Origin: a virus
Lineage: Duplodnaviria; Caudoviricetes
Virus record (IMG/VR): IMGVR_UViG_3300043775_000410
Span: 1-64,000 of that record
DNA length: 64,000 bases
Direction: 5' to 3' (one strand)
Every line of letters begins with the position of its first letter. Positions within the stretch are counted from its first letter, which is position 1. The notes under the pieces are model-generated. The model saw only the letters and a program-made list of their open reading frames with translations, had not been told where the DNA came from and made no database searches. This document shows, piece by piece, positions 9,429 to 18,754 of the stretch. A program made the position numbers and the translations under genes.

Positions 9429-11055
9429 AATAGATAACTTAACAGCAAAACAACTAGACTACGCAGTGTTCTTACCAGCACTTAGTGGTTTTTATGCTAC
9501 TTATGTAGGCAAGCAACGTTTTCCAGACCCTGTAAAAGGTTTGTATGTCGATGCTGCAAGGATTCCAGTAGACTTCGAAAACGGCATTGAAGGATTAAAC
9601 TGGCTTAATCCGAGTGCGGCATACTTTCCCTACCATTGGAGTTTATATTCAGCAGGGCATGCTGAGTTAGATGTAAACAAGCATAGCCCAAAAGAAGATA
9701 TGGTGCGTAATAGAGATCGTAGTAAATCTTTTATCTTAGGTGACTCGGGTGGTTTCCAGATTGGTAAAGGTGTTTGGGAAGGTGATTGGAAAAATCCTAA
9801 CTGTCCAAAAGCACAAAAGAAACGTGAACTAGTATTAACTTGGATGGACGCATACATGGACTATGGTATGTGTTTGGATATTCCAGCATGGGTAGCTCGT
9901 AGCCCAGCAGGTGCTAAGGCCACAGGCATTAGTACATACGACGAAGCTGTAGAAGGTACCTACATTAACAATGATTGGTTTATTAACAATCGTACAGGTG
10001 CTTGTAAGTTCTTAAACGTACTACAGGGTGAGAATCACGCAGATGCAGACGATTGGTATGATCGTATGAAGAAGTACTGTGATCCTCAACAATATCCAGG
10101 CAAGCATTTTAATGGTTGGGCTATGGGTGGACAGAACATGTGTGATGTTCACTTAGTCCTAAAACGCTTAGTAGCCATGCGCTACGACAATCTATTACAA
10201 GAAGGTATACATGATTGGATGCACTTCTTAGGTACTAGTAAATTAGAGTGGGCTTGTTTGTTAACCGATATCCAACGTGCTATTCGTAAACACATTAACC
10301 CTAATTTTACTATATCGTTTGATTGTGCAAGTCCATTCCTAGCGTCAGCTAACGGACAGATATACATTCAAACTGAAATTGAAGATCGTAAGAAATGGGT
10401 ATATCGTATGGTTCCTAGTGTTGATAATAAGAAGTACGCATTGGATACACGTAAGTTTAGTGATGCTGTATTACAAGATGGTATTTTTAAGAACTTTACA
10501 GATAGTCCTATTAGCAATCGTATTAAGATCAATGACATTTGTGTCTATCACGATGGCGTGCGTAAAACTGCTGCAGAATTAAACGGTGAGCCATTTGATG
10601 TGACTAACCAAGATCATTATACTACACCGCCTGCTCTTAATAAGATTAACAAAGTTGGTAAAACTTCGTGGGATAGCTTTGCTTATGCTATTCAAATGGG
10701 TCATAATGTATGGAGTCACTTGACCAGTGTACAAGAAGCTAATCGTCAATATGACCAAGGTGTAGTACCAAAAATGCTTGTACAAGAGTCGTTTGATCGT
10801 GTATACTTTAAAGATGTAGTAGATAGTATTTTTGCCGCCGGCACACGTGCAGAAGCAGAGCAGATCATCGAAGATCACAGTAAGTTTTGGATGCAGATTA
10901 TCGGCACTCGTGGCGCCACTGGCAAGAAAACTGTTAATGCTAGCACTATGTTTAATGACTTGTTTGAAACAGAAGAAGTTGAAGAACATCATATAGATGA
11001 CAGCGGATTAGATGAAGGCAACTTAGATAACTTAGAAGCAGGATTGGAGGACTAG
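9418..11055 (+). CDS. dpdA: TGT-fold guanine transglycosylase, DpdA-like (probable 7-deazaguanine insertion into DNA)
   Basis: DSGGFQ, CLDIP, NVLQG, GWAMGG, MHFLG and SFDCAS motifs of the TGT family; clustered with folE, queD-like and queE. Confidence 0.75.
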   Translation: MAHEIDNLTAKQLDYAVFLPALSGFYATYVGKQRFPDPVKGLYVDAARIPVDFENGIEGLNWLNPSAAYFPYHWSLYSAGHAELDVNKHSPKEDMVRNRDRSKSFILGDSGGFQIGKGVWEGDWKNPNCPKAQKKRELVLTWMDAYMDYGMCLDIPAWVARSPAGAKATGISTYDEAVEGTYINNDWFINNRTGACKFLNVLQGENHADADDWYDRMKKYCDPQQYPGKHFNGWAMGGQNMCDVHLVLKRLVAMRYDNLLQEGIHDWMHFLGTSKLEWACLLTDIQRAIRKHINPNFTISFDCASPFLASANGQIYIQTEIEDRKKWVYRMVPSVDNKKYALDTRKFSDAVLQDGIFKNFTDSPISNRIKINDICVYHDGVRKTAAELNGEPFDVTNQDHYTTPPALNKINKVGKTSWDSFAYAIQMGHNVWSHLTSVQEANRQYDQGVVPKMLVQESFDRVYFKDVVDSIFAAGTRAEAEQIIEDHSKFWMQIIGTRGATGKKTVNASTMFNDLFETEEVEEHHIDDSGLDEGNLDNLEAGLED

Positions 11056-11056
11056 C

Positions 11057-11242
11057 ATGGACGCAGATAAATTACCTCATCATATTGCACAGTTAGAAGA
11101 AAAACACCGTGTAATCAAACAACAAATTGCCGAAGGGTACACGTATTATTTAGATGATGCACTGCTAGGCAAAATGAAGTTAGAAAAATTAATAATTAAA
11201 CGTCAACTCGAAGAAGCAAAAACAAAACTCAAGGCACAATAA
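11057..11242 (+). CDS. YdcH/DUF465-like coiled-coil protein
   Basis: LEEKHRVIKQQI...MKLEKLIIKRQL pattern; GGAGG RBS. Confidence 0.6.
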   Translation: MDADKLPHHIAQLEEKHRVIKQQIAEGYTYYLDDALLGKMKLEKLIIKRQLEEAKTKLKAQ

Positions 11243-11784
11243 TGAAACGCGAATACACATCAGGTACAGCAGAAGCAGTAACTTTCTTTGTAGGTGACGA
11301 GATCGAACGTACACCTGCTTATGGAATGAAAACATTATTTGTCGTTGGTGTGCATGAACCACAAGATATTTTAGATCTATTGCGGACTAAATTAGCCTAT
11401 AGTGTTGTTACCCATATCTACTTTGGTGCTAATCAAAGTTTTAATCCTGCAGGTACTAACGATACAGCAACATGGAGGAAACCTTGGGAAGATATGATCT
11501 ATGTCTTACTAGAGAATGACTATTGGTGCACTTTAGATTTAGATGTGCGTGATGTAGAAGGATTGCTCGAAAGTGGCTTAACTGAAAAGCGTAGATTCAT
11601 TCCACAGATTTCGGTAAAATTGCCCTATTTACAACAGCTAGGATATAATGCTACAATTAAGTTAGACGATGTAGATTTTAACGCAACCAATCCAGGTGTG
11701 TGGTGTCATAAACTTAACACCCTGTTAGATGAAAACAAATTCACTAACTGGGATCAATATGGTAAAGATGAGATTATTAAATGA
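11242..11784 (+). CDS. Hypothetical protein within the deazaguanine cluster
   Basis: 180 aa, coupled by TAATG and ATGA overlaps on both sides; contains HIYFGANQSF and TNPGVWCH. Confidence 0.8.
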   Translation: MKREYTSGTAEAVTFFVGDEIERTPAYGMKTLFVVGVHEPQDILDLLRTKLAYSVVTHIYFGANQSFNPAGTNDTATWRKPWEDMIYVLLENDYWCTLDLDVRDVEGLLESGLTEKRRFIPQISVKLPYLQQLGYNATIKLDDVDFNATNPGVWCHKLNTLLDENKFTNWDQYGKDEIIK

Positions 11785-12224
11785 TACAAGCAGAACGTGA
11801 ACAAATAGAACGTATTAAACTACAGGCAAAAAAGAAAATATGGGTTACTTTTACTAAAGAAGGTATCCATTGTTATCCCGATGCCGCTGTAAACCCATTA
11901 CTTAAAACTGGAGATCAATATGATGTTTCGTTTCTTGCTAGTCCTCATCGTCACATTTTTCATTTCCGGGTGTCAATCGACGTGTTTCATACCGACAGAG
12001 ACATCGAATTCATCCAGTTCAAACGCTGGCTTGAAGCCCTGTATGTGGGCGGTACGTTAGAATTAAATTATAAGAGTTGCGAAATGATCGCAGATGATTT
12101 GTATTTGCAAATCGCTACAAAGTATCCCAATCGCGATGTTTGGATAGAAGTATCCGAAGATGGCGAGAACGGGTGTTCCGTTGAGTACAATTGTACTCGT
12201 CCTATGCAGTCTGTCACTATTTAA
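11781..12224 (+). CDS. QueD-paralog T-fold protein (DpdL-like)
   Basis: GIHCYP, LASPHRHIF (LxxxHRHxF), SCEMIA and VSEDGENG; lacks the CxxxHGH motif of canonical QueD. Confidence 0.65.
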   Translation: MIQAEREQIERIKLQAKKKIWVTFTKEGIHCYPDAAVNPLLKTGDQYDVSFLASPHRHIFHFRVSIDVFHTDRDIEFIQFKRWLEALYVGGTLELNYKSCEMIADDLYLQIATKYPNRDVWIEVSEDGENGCSVEYNCTRPMQSVTI

Positions 12225-12236
12225 GGAGAATTTTCC

Positions 12237-12467
12237 GTGGCAAATCCAGTTTGGCTTAAAAAGTATCTTACTATGAAGCCTGAAGTAAGACAAATCTACA
12301 ACGATTTAGATGCATGGTGCAACTACTGTCGTTTCCACATGATCAAGTATGATGAGGCTGATTTATATGTTAGCCCAGCTTACAAAGAATGGCAGGAAAA
12401 ACGCAAACGTCGCGAACAATGGCGTCAACAGCAAGGACATGCCCAAGGTTATCAAGGACGTAGATAG
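12237..12467 (+). CDS. Hypothetical protein
   Basis: GTG start with TAAGGAG RBS; 76 aa. Confidence 0.7.
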   Translation: MANPVWLKKYLTMKPEVRQIYNDLDAWCNYCRFHMIKYDEADLYVSPAYKEWQEKRKRREQWRQQQGHAQGYQGRR

Positions 12468-12468
12468 T

Positions 12469-13560
12469 ATGACTGTCTACATCGTTGATTTAGAAGCGGT
12501 GGATACAAGGTACACGGGTCAATGGAAGACTCATGTACCCACGTTGCTTGAAGATCATGGGTACGAAGTATTTGTAATTAGCGGCCCTCATGATATTCCT
12601 AGTGCTACTACTCCTGGCGCTTTCCTTAACTTCGGTGGTACTAACATTTACAAAGCCGCACAGGTTGAGCAAATGGCTAGACTATTCACTGAAGGTCAAA
12701 TTCATAAAGGTGATCACTTCATCTTTACTGATGCTTGGCATCCTGGTATTATTAACTTAAAGTACATGAGCGAGCTGTTACAGATTCCTGTAACTATACA
12801 CGCATTATGGCATGCTGGCAGTTATGATCCACAGGACTTCTTAGGTCGTCTAATTGGTAATGCTCCGTGGGTTAGACATGCAGAGAAAAGTTTCTTTGCG
12901 GCGATTGATCATAACTACTTTGCCACAGACTTTCATATTAATATGTTTTGTGCTAACTTACTTAACGATGGATTATTTGAAAATCCATGGGCAGAAGAAG
13001 ATAAAACAGATATGATTGCTGGTGGCAAGATTGTACGCACAGGTTGGCCTATGGAATATATGCCGAATACTATTAGTCCGTTTAAGACTGAGAAGCGTGA
13101 CTTAATCTTATTCCCGCATCGTATAGCACCAGAGAAGCAGGTAGAAATCTTTAAGGATCTAGCGGCTGCATTACCACAATACGAATGGATTGTCTGTCAA
13201 GAGCAAAACCTAACTAAAGAAGCATATCATACCTTACTAGGTGAAGCTAAAATGGTGTTCAGTGCCAACCTACAAGAAACACTTGGTATTAGTATGTATG
13301 AAGGTGCGTTAGTAGGTGCTATACCTATGGTACCAAACAGACTAAGCTACGGTGAAATGTACACTGGGGATCCGTGGGCGTATCCAAGCGAATGGACTGA
13401 ATCGTTTGATAGTTACTTAGCACATAAACACGAATTATGTGATAGGATCGTTCATCTGATGGATAATTATGATAATTTCAACTTCCGTCTAAATATCTTA
13501 GCACGTACCTTATCTAAGAACTTCTTCTCAGCAACTGAATTACTTAAGAACATTAGATAA
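12469..13560 (+). CDS. GT-B fold (GT4-like) glycosyltransferase
   Basis: FPHRIAPEKQ and QETLGISMYEG (Ex7E) motifs; likely start at ATG 12469 (MTVYIVDLE). Confidence 0.8.
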   Translation: MTVYIVDLEAVDTRYTGQWKTHVPTLLEDHGYEVFVISGPHDIPSATTPGAFLNFGGTNIYKAAQVEQMARLFTEGQIHKGDHFIFTDAWHPGIINLKYMSELLQIPVTIHALWHAGSYDPQDFLGRLIGNAPWVRHAEKSFFAAIDHNYFATDFHINMFCANLLNDGLFENPWAEEDKTDMIAGGKIVRTGWPMEYMPNTISPFKTEKRDLILFPHRIAPEKQVEIFKDLAAALPQYEWIVCQEQNLTKEAYHTLLGEAKMVFSANLQETLGISMYEGALVGAIPMVPNRLSYGEMYTGDPWAYPSEWTESFDSYLAHKHELCDRIVHLMDNYDNFNFRLNILARTLSKNFFSATELLKNIR

Positions 13561-14147
13561 TGTCAGCATTTGATCCAATATACCAGTTTGAACGAGCATT
13601 AGGTCTGCTTACGGGCGCACCTTTTGTTGTTATGACAGATTCATGTACACATGCACTAGAACTGTGTCTACGTTACGACAAGGTAAAACGGTGTCGTTTT
13701 ACGGCATTTACCTACCTTAGTGTGCCAATGACCATGCATAAATTAGGCATTTCGTATGGTTTAGTGCCCGATAATGAATGGGTCGGAGAATATCCTATAC
13801 TTGGTACACGGATATGGGATAGTGCAAGATTACTACGTACAGGTATGTATCGTTCAGGACAGATGCAGTGTTTGAGCTTTGGCTACAGCAAGCCGCTAGA
13901 GATTGGGCGTGGTGGCGCTATCCTATTAGATGATCAACGGGTATATGAGTCCTTAATACGTCAACGTAGCGATGGTAGAGACCTAAGTATAAGTCCTTGG
14001 GAATCACAAAAAGTATTTGAAGTTGGGTATCACTATCGCCCAACTATAGAAGAAGCACAACGAGCATTAGAATTATTACCCAGTGTAGACCAAGAACCTA
14101 AATACCACGAGTATCCAGACCTACGTGAAATTATTATAAAGTCTTGA
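13560..14147 (+). CDS. Short DegT/DnrJ-type PLP-dependent enzyme
   Basis: DSCTHALEL, WDSA and SFGYSKPL...GGAI (PLP lysine); only 195 aa. Confidence 0.75.
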   Translation: MSAFDPIYQFERALGLLTGAPFVVMTDSCTHALELCLRYDKVKRCRFTAFTYLSVPMTMHKLGISYGLVPDNEWVGEYPILGTRIWDSARLLRTGMYRSGQMQCLSFGYSKPLEIGRGGAILLDDQRVYESLIRQRSDGRDLSISPWESQKVFEVGYHYRPTIEEAQRALELLPSVDQEPKYHEYPDLREIIIKS

Positions 14148-14173
14148 CACTGCCTAAATAATCATGTTATACT
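14144..14173 (+). promoter_or_regulatory. Sigma70-like promoter of folE
   Basis: TTGACA-18 nt-TATACT with nested CTAAATA (14154-14160). Confidence 0.55.
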
Positions 14174-14216
14174 AACTTATCAATTGCCAATCCACTGGCT
14201 TAACATCGGAGACACT

Positions 14217-14912
14217 ATGTCGAAATATAAAGTAAGCGAACAACTTCGCAATAATCTAAAAGCATCAAACAAACGGTTCTGGGCAGGCGACAACATCTCA
14301 GAATACATCACAGAAGAAAACAAACAACAGTTGATTGACGAAGCAACTGAAGCATTTGAAAGTGTTTTAGATACGTTGCTTATTGATCGTGAAAACGATC
14401 CTAACAGTCACGGCACAGCAAGACGTCTTGCTAAAATGTACTTCAATGAGATCATGGCAGGTCGTTATGAACCTGCTCCCGATGCCACTGCTTTCCCAAA
14501 TGATTCTGCAGATCGTTATGAAGGTATGCTAGTAGTTCGTAGTGAACTACGTAGTATGTGCAGTCATCATCACCAACCCGTTAGTGGTGTTGCTTATATT
14601 GGTATTATTGCTGCAAATAAACTTATTGGCTTATCTAAATATACACGTATTGCTCAGTGGTGCGCTCGTCGAGGCACACTTCAAGAAGAACTTGCTAATG
14701 ACATTGCCAGAGAGATTATGAAGGCAACTGATGCTAATGATGTAGCAGTTTATATACAGGCTGTGCATGGTTGTTGCGAAAATAGAGGTATTATGGCACA
14801 CTCTAGTTTAACACAGACTACTGTGCTAAAGGGCGCATTTAATAGAGATGCTGGTACTAAGCAAGAATTCTTTGATAATGTAAAACTCCAACAGCAGTTT
14901 GCGCCACGATAG
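14217..14912 (+). CDS. folE: GTP cyclohydrolase I
   Basis: SMCSHHHQP, IGLSKYTRI, LQEEL and AVHGCCENRG; GGAG RBS before ATG 14217. Confidence 0.95.
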   Translation: MSKYKVSEQLRNNLKASNKRFWAGDNISEYITEENKQQLIDEATEAFESVLDTLLIDRENDPNSHGTARRLAKMYFNEIMAGRYEPAPDATAFPNDSADRYEGMLVVRSELRSMCSHHHQPVSGVAYIGIIAANKLIGLSKYTRIAQWCARRGTLQEELANDIAREIMKATDANDVAVYIQAVHGCCENRGIMAHSSLTQTTVLKGAFNRDAGTKQEFFDNVKLQQQFAPR

Positions 14913-14921
14913 GGAATAGTT

Positions 14922-15263
14922 ATGAAATGGTTTGATAATTGGATTCAGCGTTGCTACAACCGTGCTCGTGAGCGTGATGAACTTATTGAAGTTGATGATT
15001 GGGATGAACCAAAACGTAGTCGTCGTGGGCGCCTTGATAAAGGAGGTCCTATTAGTTCCGGCACACGCAGAGTAGAGCATAACTATGATGATGACAGTGT
15101 TATTACTTTTAAAATCTATGGTGCCAATGGTGGTAAGATTGTAGAAACATCACGTTGGGATGAAAAGAAAGATAACGAAAGTATCAGACGTTATGTCATT
15201 GACGAGAACGCAGATATGGCAGAAAGTTTAAGTAAGATTGTTACTATGGAATATATGCGCTAA
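14922..15263 (+). CDS. Hypothetical protein
   Basis: 113-aa ORF with AGGGA RBS. Confidence 0.7.
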   Translation: MKWFDNWIQRCYNRARERDELIEVDDWDEPKRSRRGRLDKGGPISSGTRRVEHNYDDDSVITFKIYGANGGKIVETSRWDEKKDNESIRRYVIDENADMAESLSKIVTMEYMR

Positions 15264-15271
15264 TATAGTGG

Positions 15272-15299
15272 TTGACTTTTCTGTAAATTAGTGTATAAT
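15272..15299 (+). promoter_or_regulatory. Sigma70-like promoter of the S8 protease gene
   Basis: TTGACT-16 nt-TATAAT. Confidence 0.55.
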
Positions 15300-15329
15300 G
15301 TGTATACGCTTAACCCTCAAAGGATGTGT

Positions 15330-17369
15330 ATGAAACGTACTATATTATCGTTATTGCTAGCGGCATCGGTTGGTGCTAATGCCGAAACGTTAAACTTAAC
15401 TCCCTATAACACCAGCGAATATACCGCTGACACTATTGCCAAAGGCAAAACTGGTGACGATTTTCTCAAAGAGATCAATGCTAGCTCTGCATGGGCACGT
15501 GGATATACAGGTAAAGGCAGTTTAATTCTTATTATTGACAGTGGTATTAATGCTAGTCACAAAGAGTTTGCAGGTAGTATATTTGCTACTCGAAACTTTA
15601 TTAACAGTAAAAGTGGCATAGTCGATGTACAAGGACACGGTACAGGACTTGCAGGTATTGCCGCAGGTAATTGGGATGGTATTGGTATGGCCGGTGTAGC
15701 ACCAGATGCACAGTTAGCTATTGCCAAAGTAACAGATAATACTGCGTTTAACTTTACCCAGGCACGTAATGCAGTAAAATGGGGCGGTGAGCTTGGTGCA
15801 ATTGTAGCTAACATCTCAGCAAACTATACCTATGATGCGGCATATCTTAAAAATATGTATAGGTTAAGTGACGGCGTAACCTGGGCCAACAAAGATCCGA
15901 GATACGTTGGTAGATTTTTTATGAATGAAAATCCTAACACCTGGGCCGCAGCATTAAGTCCTAACATGGTATTAGTCAACAGTGCCGGTAATAGCGGACG
16001 AGCTTATGCAGAGCAACCGGGTACGTTGGCCACAGCCACAGATGCTAATGGTAAGTTAATTCTAGGCGGTCGCGTTATTATTGCAGGTGCATGGGACGTT
16101 GATAAGGATGCTGTTGCTGGTTATAGTAACCGAGCAGGCAGTATATGTCGGAGTGTAGTTAACGGACAGTGTAAAGACCTGTATCGTGTAAGTGATTTCT
16201 ACATCTTAGCGCCAGGTAATGCGTTTACAGCAAGTAAGACCGGAGATGCATATAATATACAAACAGGCACTAGCCAAGCGGCGGCTGTAGTATCTGGCAG
16301 TGTTGCAGTTATCAATCAAATGTGGCCGACTATGAAGGCTGAAAATATTGTTAAACTGTTAATGGTAACGGCTAATAAGAATATTGCAGGTTATAATAAA
16401 GAAATACACGGTCAAGGCCTACTTGACTTAGAACGTGCCACTCGACCTGTGGGTGCATTAGGCATTCCCACTACTGGCAGGGTCAATAAGATTGCATTGT
16501 CGGGCGGTTTCAGTACCAATACATCCGGCGGGTTAACAGCAATTAGCAGTAAATTAAGCAGTGTTATGGTTACTGATGATTTTGAACGTGATTACTATGT
16601 TGACATGAGCAAGGCCGCAAATGCTAAACGTGCTAGAGCTGACTTTAACCCAAATACCAAAGCTAACTTCTACGAGGAGTTTAATCCGTATAATAAGTTA
16701 AACTTTTACACAGCCAATGCTAAACTACAGTCCGGCGAATATGACTTTAAGTTCAGCGCCAACGATGTTGCGGCTTTAGGCCTAGCTGAAATTGGTAAGA
16801 CTACTAAGTTAAATGACAGGGCCAAAGTGCGTGTTGGTTTTGGTATGTTAAATGAACAAAACACTTGGGTAGGCAATAGTATTAGTGGTGCATTAGGACA
16901 AGTACAGAGTAGTTTTACTACATTTTCTAACTTCACTGGACATTATGACCTAAATAAACATATGAGTGCATTTGGTAGTATTTGGCTAGGACAAACCGAA
17001 ACTAATATGCAGTCTACTGGATTGATTACTAATGTAGGTGCAACTCAAAGTTATAGTTGGAACGTTGGATTAGATTGGTCGCAAGATGCACACAGCTACG
17101 GTGCTACTGTAAGTCAACCAGTTACAGTCTATCAAGGCACGGTTAATGTGGATATCCCAACTGGCTATACTGCCAACGGTACTGTTAATTACTCTAAGGA
17201 AAAAGTTAGCATTACTCCAACGGTAAATGAATACGATTTTGGTGCATACTACAAATATCGCACTGCATCATTGAACGTAATTGCCTACGGTGAACACCAA
17301 ATGAATTACCTAAACCAAAGTGGTGTATCGAACAACGTAGTTGGGCTAAGTTTAGTTAAGGCATTTTAA
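15330..17369 (+). CDS. Secreted subtilisin-like (S8) serine protease with C-terminal beta-barrel-like domain
   Basis: Signal peptide MKRTILSLLLAASVGANA; triad IIDSG / HGTGLAG / GTSQAA; oxyanion SAGN; HGQGLLD; amphipathic strands ending in terminal Phe. Confidence 0.88.
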   Translation: MKRTILSLLLAASVGANAETLNLTPYNTSEYTADTIAKGKTGDDFLKEINASSAWARGYTGKGSLILIIDSGINASHKEFAGSIFATRNFINSKSGIVDVQGHGTGLAGIAAGNWDGIGMAGVAPDAQLAIAKVTDNTAFNFTQARNAVKWGGELGAIVANISANYTYDAAYLKNMYRLSDGVTWANKDPRYVGRFFMNENPNTWAAALSPNMVLVNSAGNSGRAYAEQPGTLATATDANGKLILGGRVIIAGAWDVDKDAVAGYSNRAGSICRSVVNGQCKDLYRVSDFYILAPGNAFTASKTGDAYNIQTGTSQAAAVVSGSVAVINQMWPTMKAENIVKLLMVTANKNIAGYNKEIHGQGLLDLERATRPVGALGIPTTGRVNKIALSGGFSTNTSGGLTAISSKLSSVMVTDDFERDYYVDMSKAANAKRARADFNPNTKANFYEEFNPYNKLNFYTANAKLQSGEYDFKFSANDVAALGLAEIGKTTKLNDRAKVRVGFGMLNEQNTWVGNSISGALGQVQSSFTTFSNFTGHYDLNKHMSAFGSIWLGQTETNMQSTGLITNVGATQSYSWNVGLDWSQDAHSYGATVSQPVTVYQGTVNVDIPTGYTANGTVNYSKEKVSITPTVNEYDFGAYYKYRTASLNVIAYGEHQMNYLNQSGVSNNVVGLSLVKAF

Positions 17370-17386
17370 TAAGGAAATAAAGAACT

Positions 17387-17881
17387 ATGGATATTAATAA
17401 AAAGTATTATGATTATGTACACGTTCATGAGATGGTTAATGATATCTCATTTAAAATGTATAAAGATAATTGGCGTCCAGACTACATTGTTGGTCTTACT
17501 CGTGGAGGGCTAATACCTGCTGTTATCATGAGTAATACATTAGGTATTCCTATGGAAACACTTAAGGTTAGTCTACGCGACAGTGATAACGGTCCAGAAA
17601 GTAATTTATGGATGGCAGAAGATGCATACAATGGTAAAAACATTCTTATTGTAGATGACATTAACGATACTGGTGCTACGTTAGATTGGATTACTAACGA
17701 TTGGCAAAATAGCTGCCATCCATCCGATGCACACTGGTTGCAAGTTTGGGGGAATAATGTTAAAATAGCTGTATTAGTTGATAATTTGTCTAGTAAATTT
17801 AGTCGCTGTGTTGATTACTGTGCAGTATCTATCAATAAAGCAGAAAAAGATGTTTGGATTGTTTACCCTTGGGAAAGATAA
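17387..17881 (+). CDS. Type I purine phosphoribosyltransferase (Gpt-like)
   Basis: IVGLTRGGLIPA, PRPP loop ILIVDDINDTGAT and WIVYPWE. Confidence 0.9.
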   Translation: MDINKKYYDYVHVHEMVNDISFKMYKDNWRPDYIVGLTRGGLIPAVIMSNTLGIPMETLKVSLRDSDNGPESNLWMAEDAYNGKNILIVDDINDTGATLDWITNDWQNSCHPSDAHWLQVWGNNVKIAVLVDNLSSKFSRCVDYCAVSINKAEKDVWIVYPWER

Positions 17882-18753
17882 TGAAATTAAAAGTCAGTGA
17901 GATATTTTATAGTGCGCAAGGTGAAGGACGCTTCGTAGGTGTACCTTCAGTTTTCTTACGTACATACGGATGTAATTTTAAATGTGCAGGTTTTGGTATG
18001 ACTCGTGGCACAGCTAGTACAGAAGCAGATGAAGTTGCTAAAACTGTAGAACTGTATAGTCGGTATGAAGACTTACCATTAGTGAATACAGGTTGCGATA
18101 GCTATGCGTCATGGCATCCTAAGTTTAAACACCTTAGTCCAACATTAGATACTAGTGAAGTAGTTGATAAACTATTAGAACTAGTACCAGGTGGCGATTG
18201 GCTATTACCCAATGGCAACGATGTACATTTAGTAATCACAGGCGGTGAGCCGTTATTAGGATGGCAACGTGCTTATGAAGAACTATTAGACAATCCTAAG
18301 ATGCAGAGTTTGCAAAACATTACATTTGAAACCAATGGTACTCAAGAGTTACATGAAGAGTTTGCTGATTACCTAACGTTTTGGGCATTCAATCGAGTAG
18401 ATGGCGGTCGTAGACCAGACATTACATTTAGTGTTAGTGCTAAACTAAGTGCTAGTGGCGAAAGTTGGGCTGATGCTATTAAACCAGAGATTGTAGCTAG
18501 TTATGAACAGTTCGGCACAACCTATTTGAAATTTGTAGTTGAAAATCCTAAAGATTTCGATGAAGTAGATCGTGCTGTGCAAGCCTACAGAGATGCAGGT
18601 TTTACAGGGGTAGTTTACATTATGCCCGTTGGTGGTGTCGTTAGTGTGTACAACGGCAATAAGTTTAACGTAGCAGACGAAGCAATGCTACGTGGTTATT
18701 ATTATAGCCCAAGATTACATGTTGATCTTTGGGGTAACAGTTGGGGGAAATAG
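17881..18753 (+). CDS. queE: 7-carboxy-7-deazaguanine synthase (radical SAM)
   Basis: SEIFYSAQGEG, VFLRTYGCNFKC...GCDS, ITGGEP, FETNGT and SPRLHVDLWG; TAATG-coupled to the PRTase. Confidence 0.9.
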   Translation: MKLKVSEIFYSAQGEGRFVGVPSVFLRTYGCNFKCAGFGMTRGTASTEADEVAKTVELYSRYEDLPLVNTGCDSYASWHPKFKHLSPTLDTSEVVDKLLELVPGGDWLLPNGNDVHLVITGGEPLLGWQRAYEELLDNPKMQSLQNITFETNGTQELHEEFADYLTFWAFNRVDGGRRPDITFSVSAKLSASGESWADAIKPEIVASYEQFGTTYLKFVVENPKDFDEVDRAVQAYRDAGFTGVVYIMPVGGVVSVYNGNKFNVADEAMLRGYYYSPRLHVDLWGNSWGK

Positions 18754-18754
18754 T

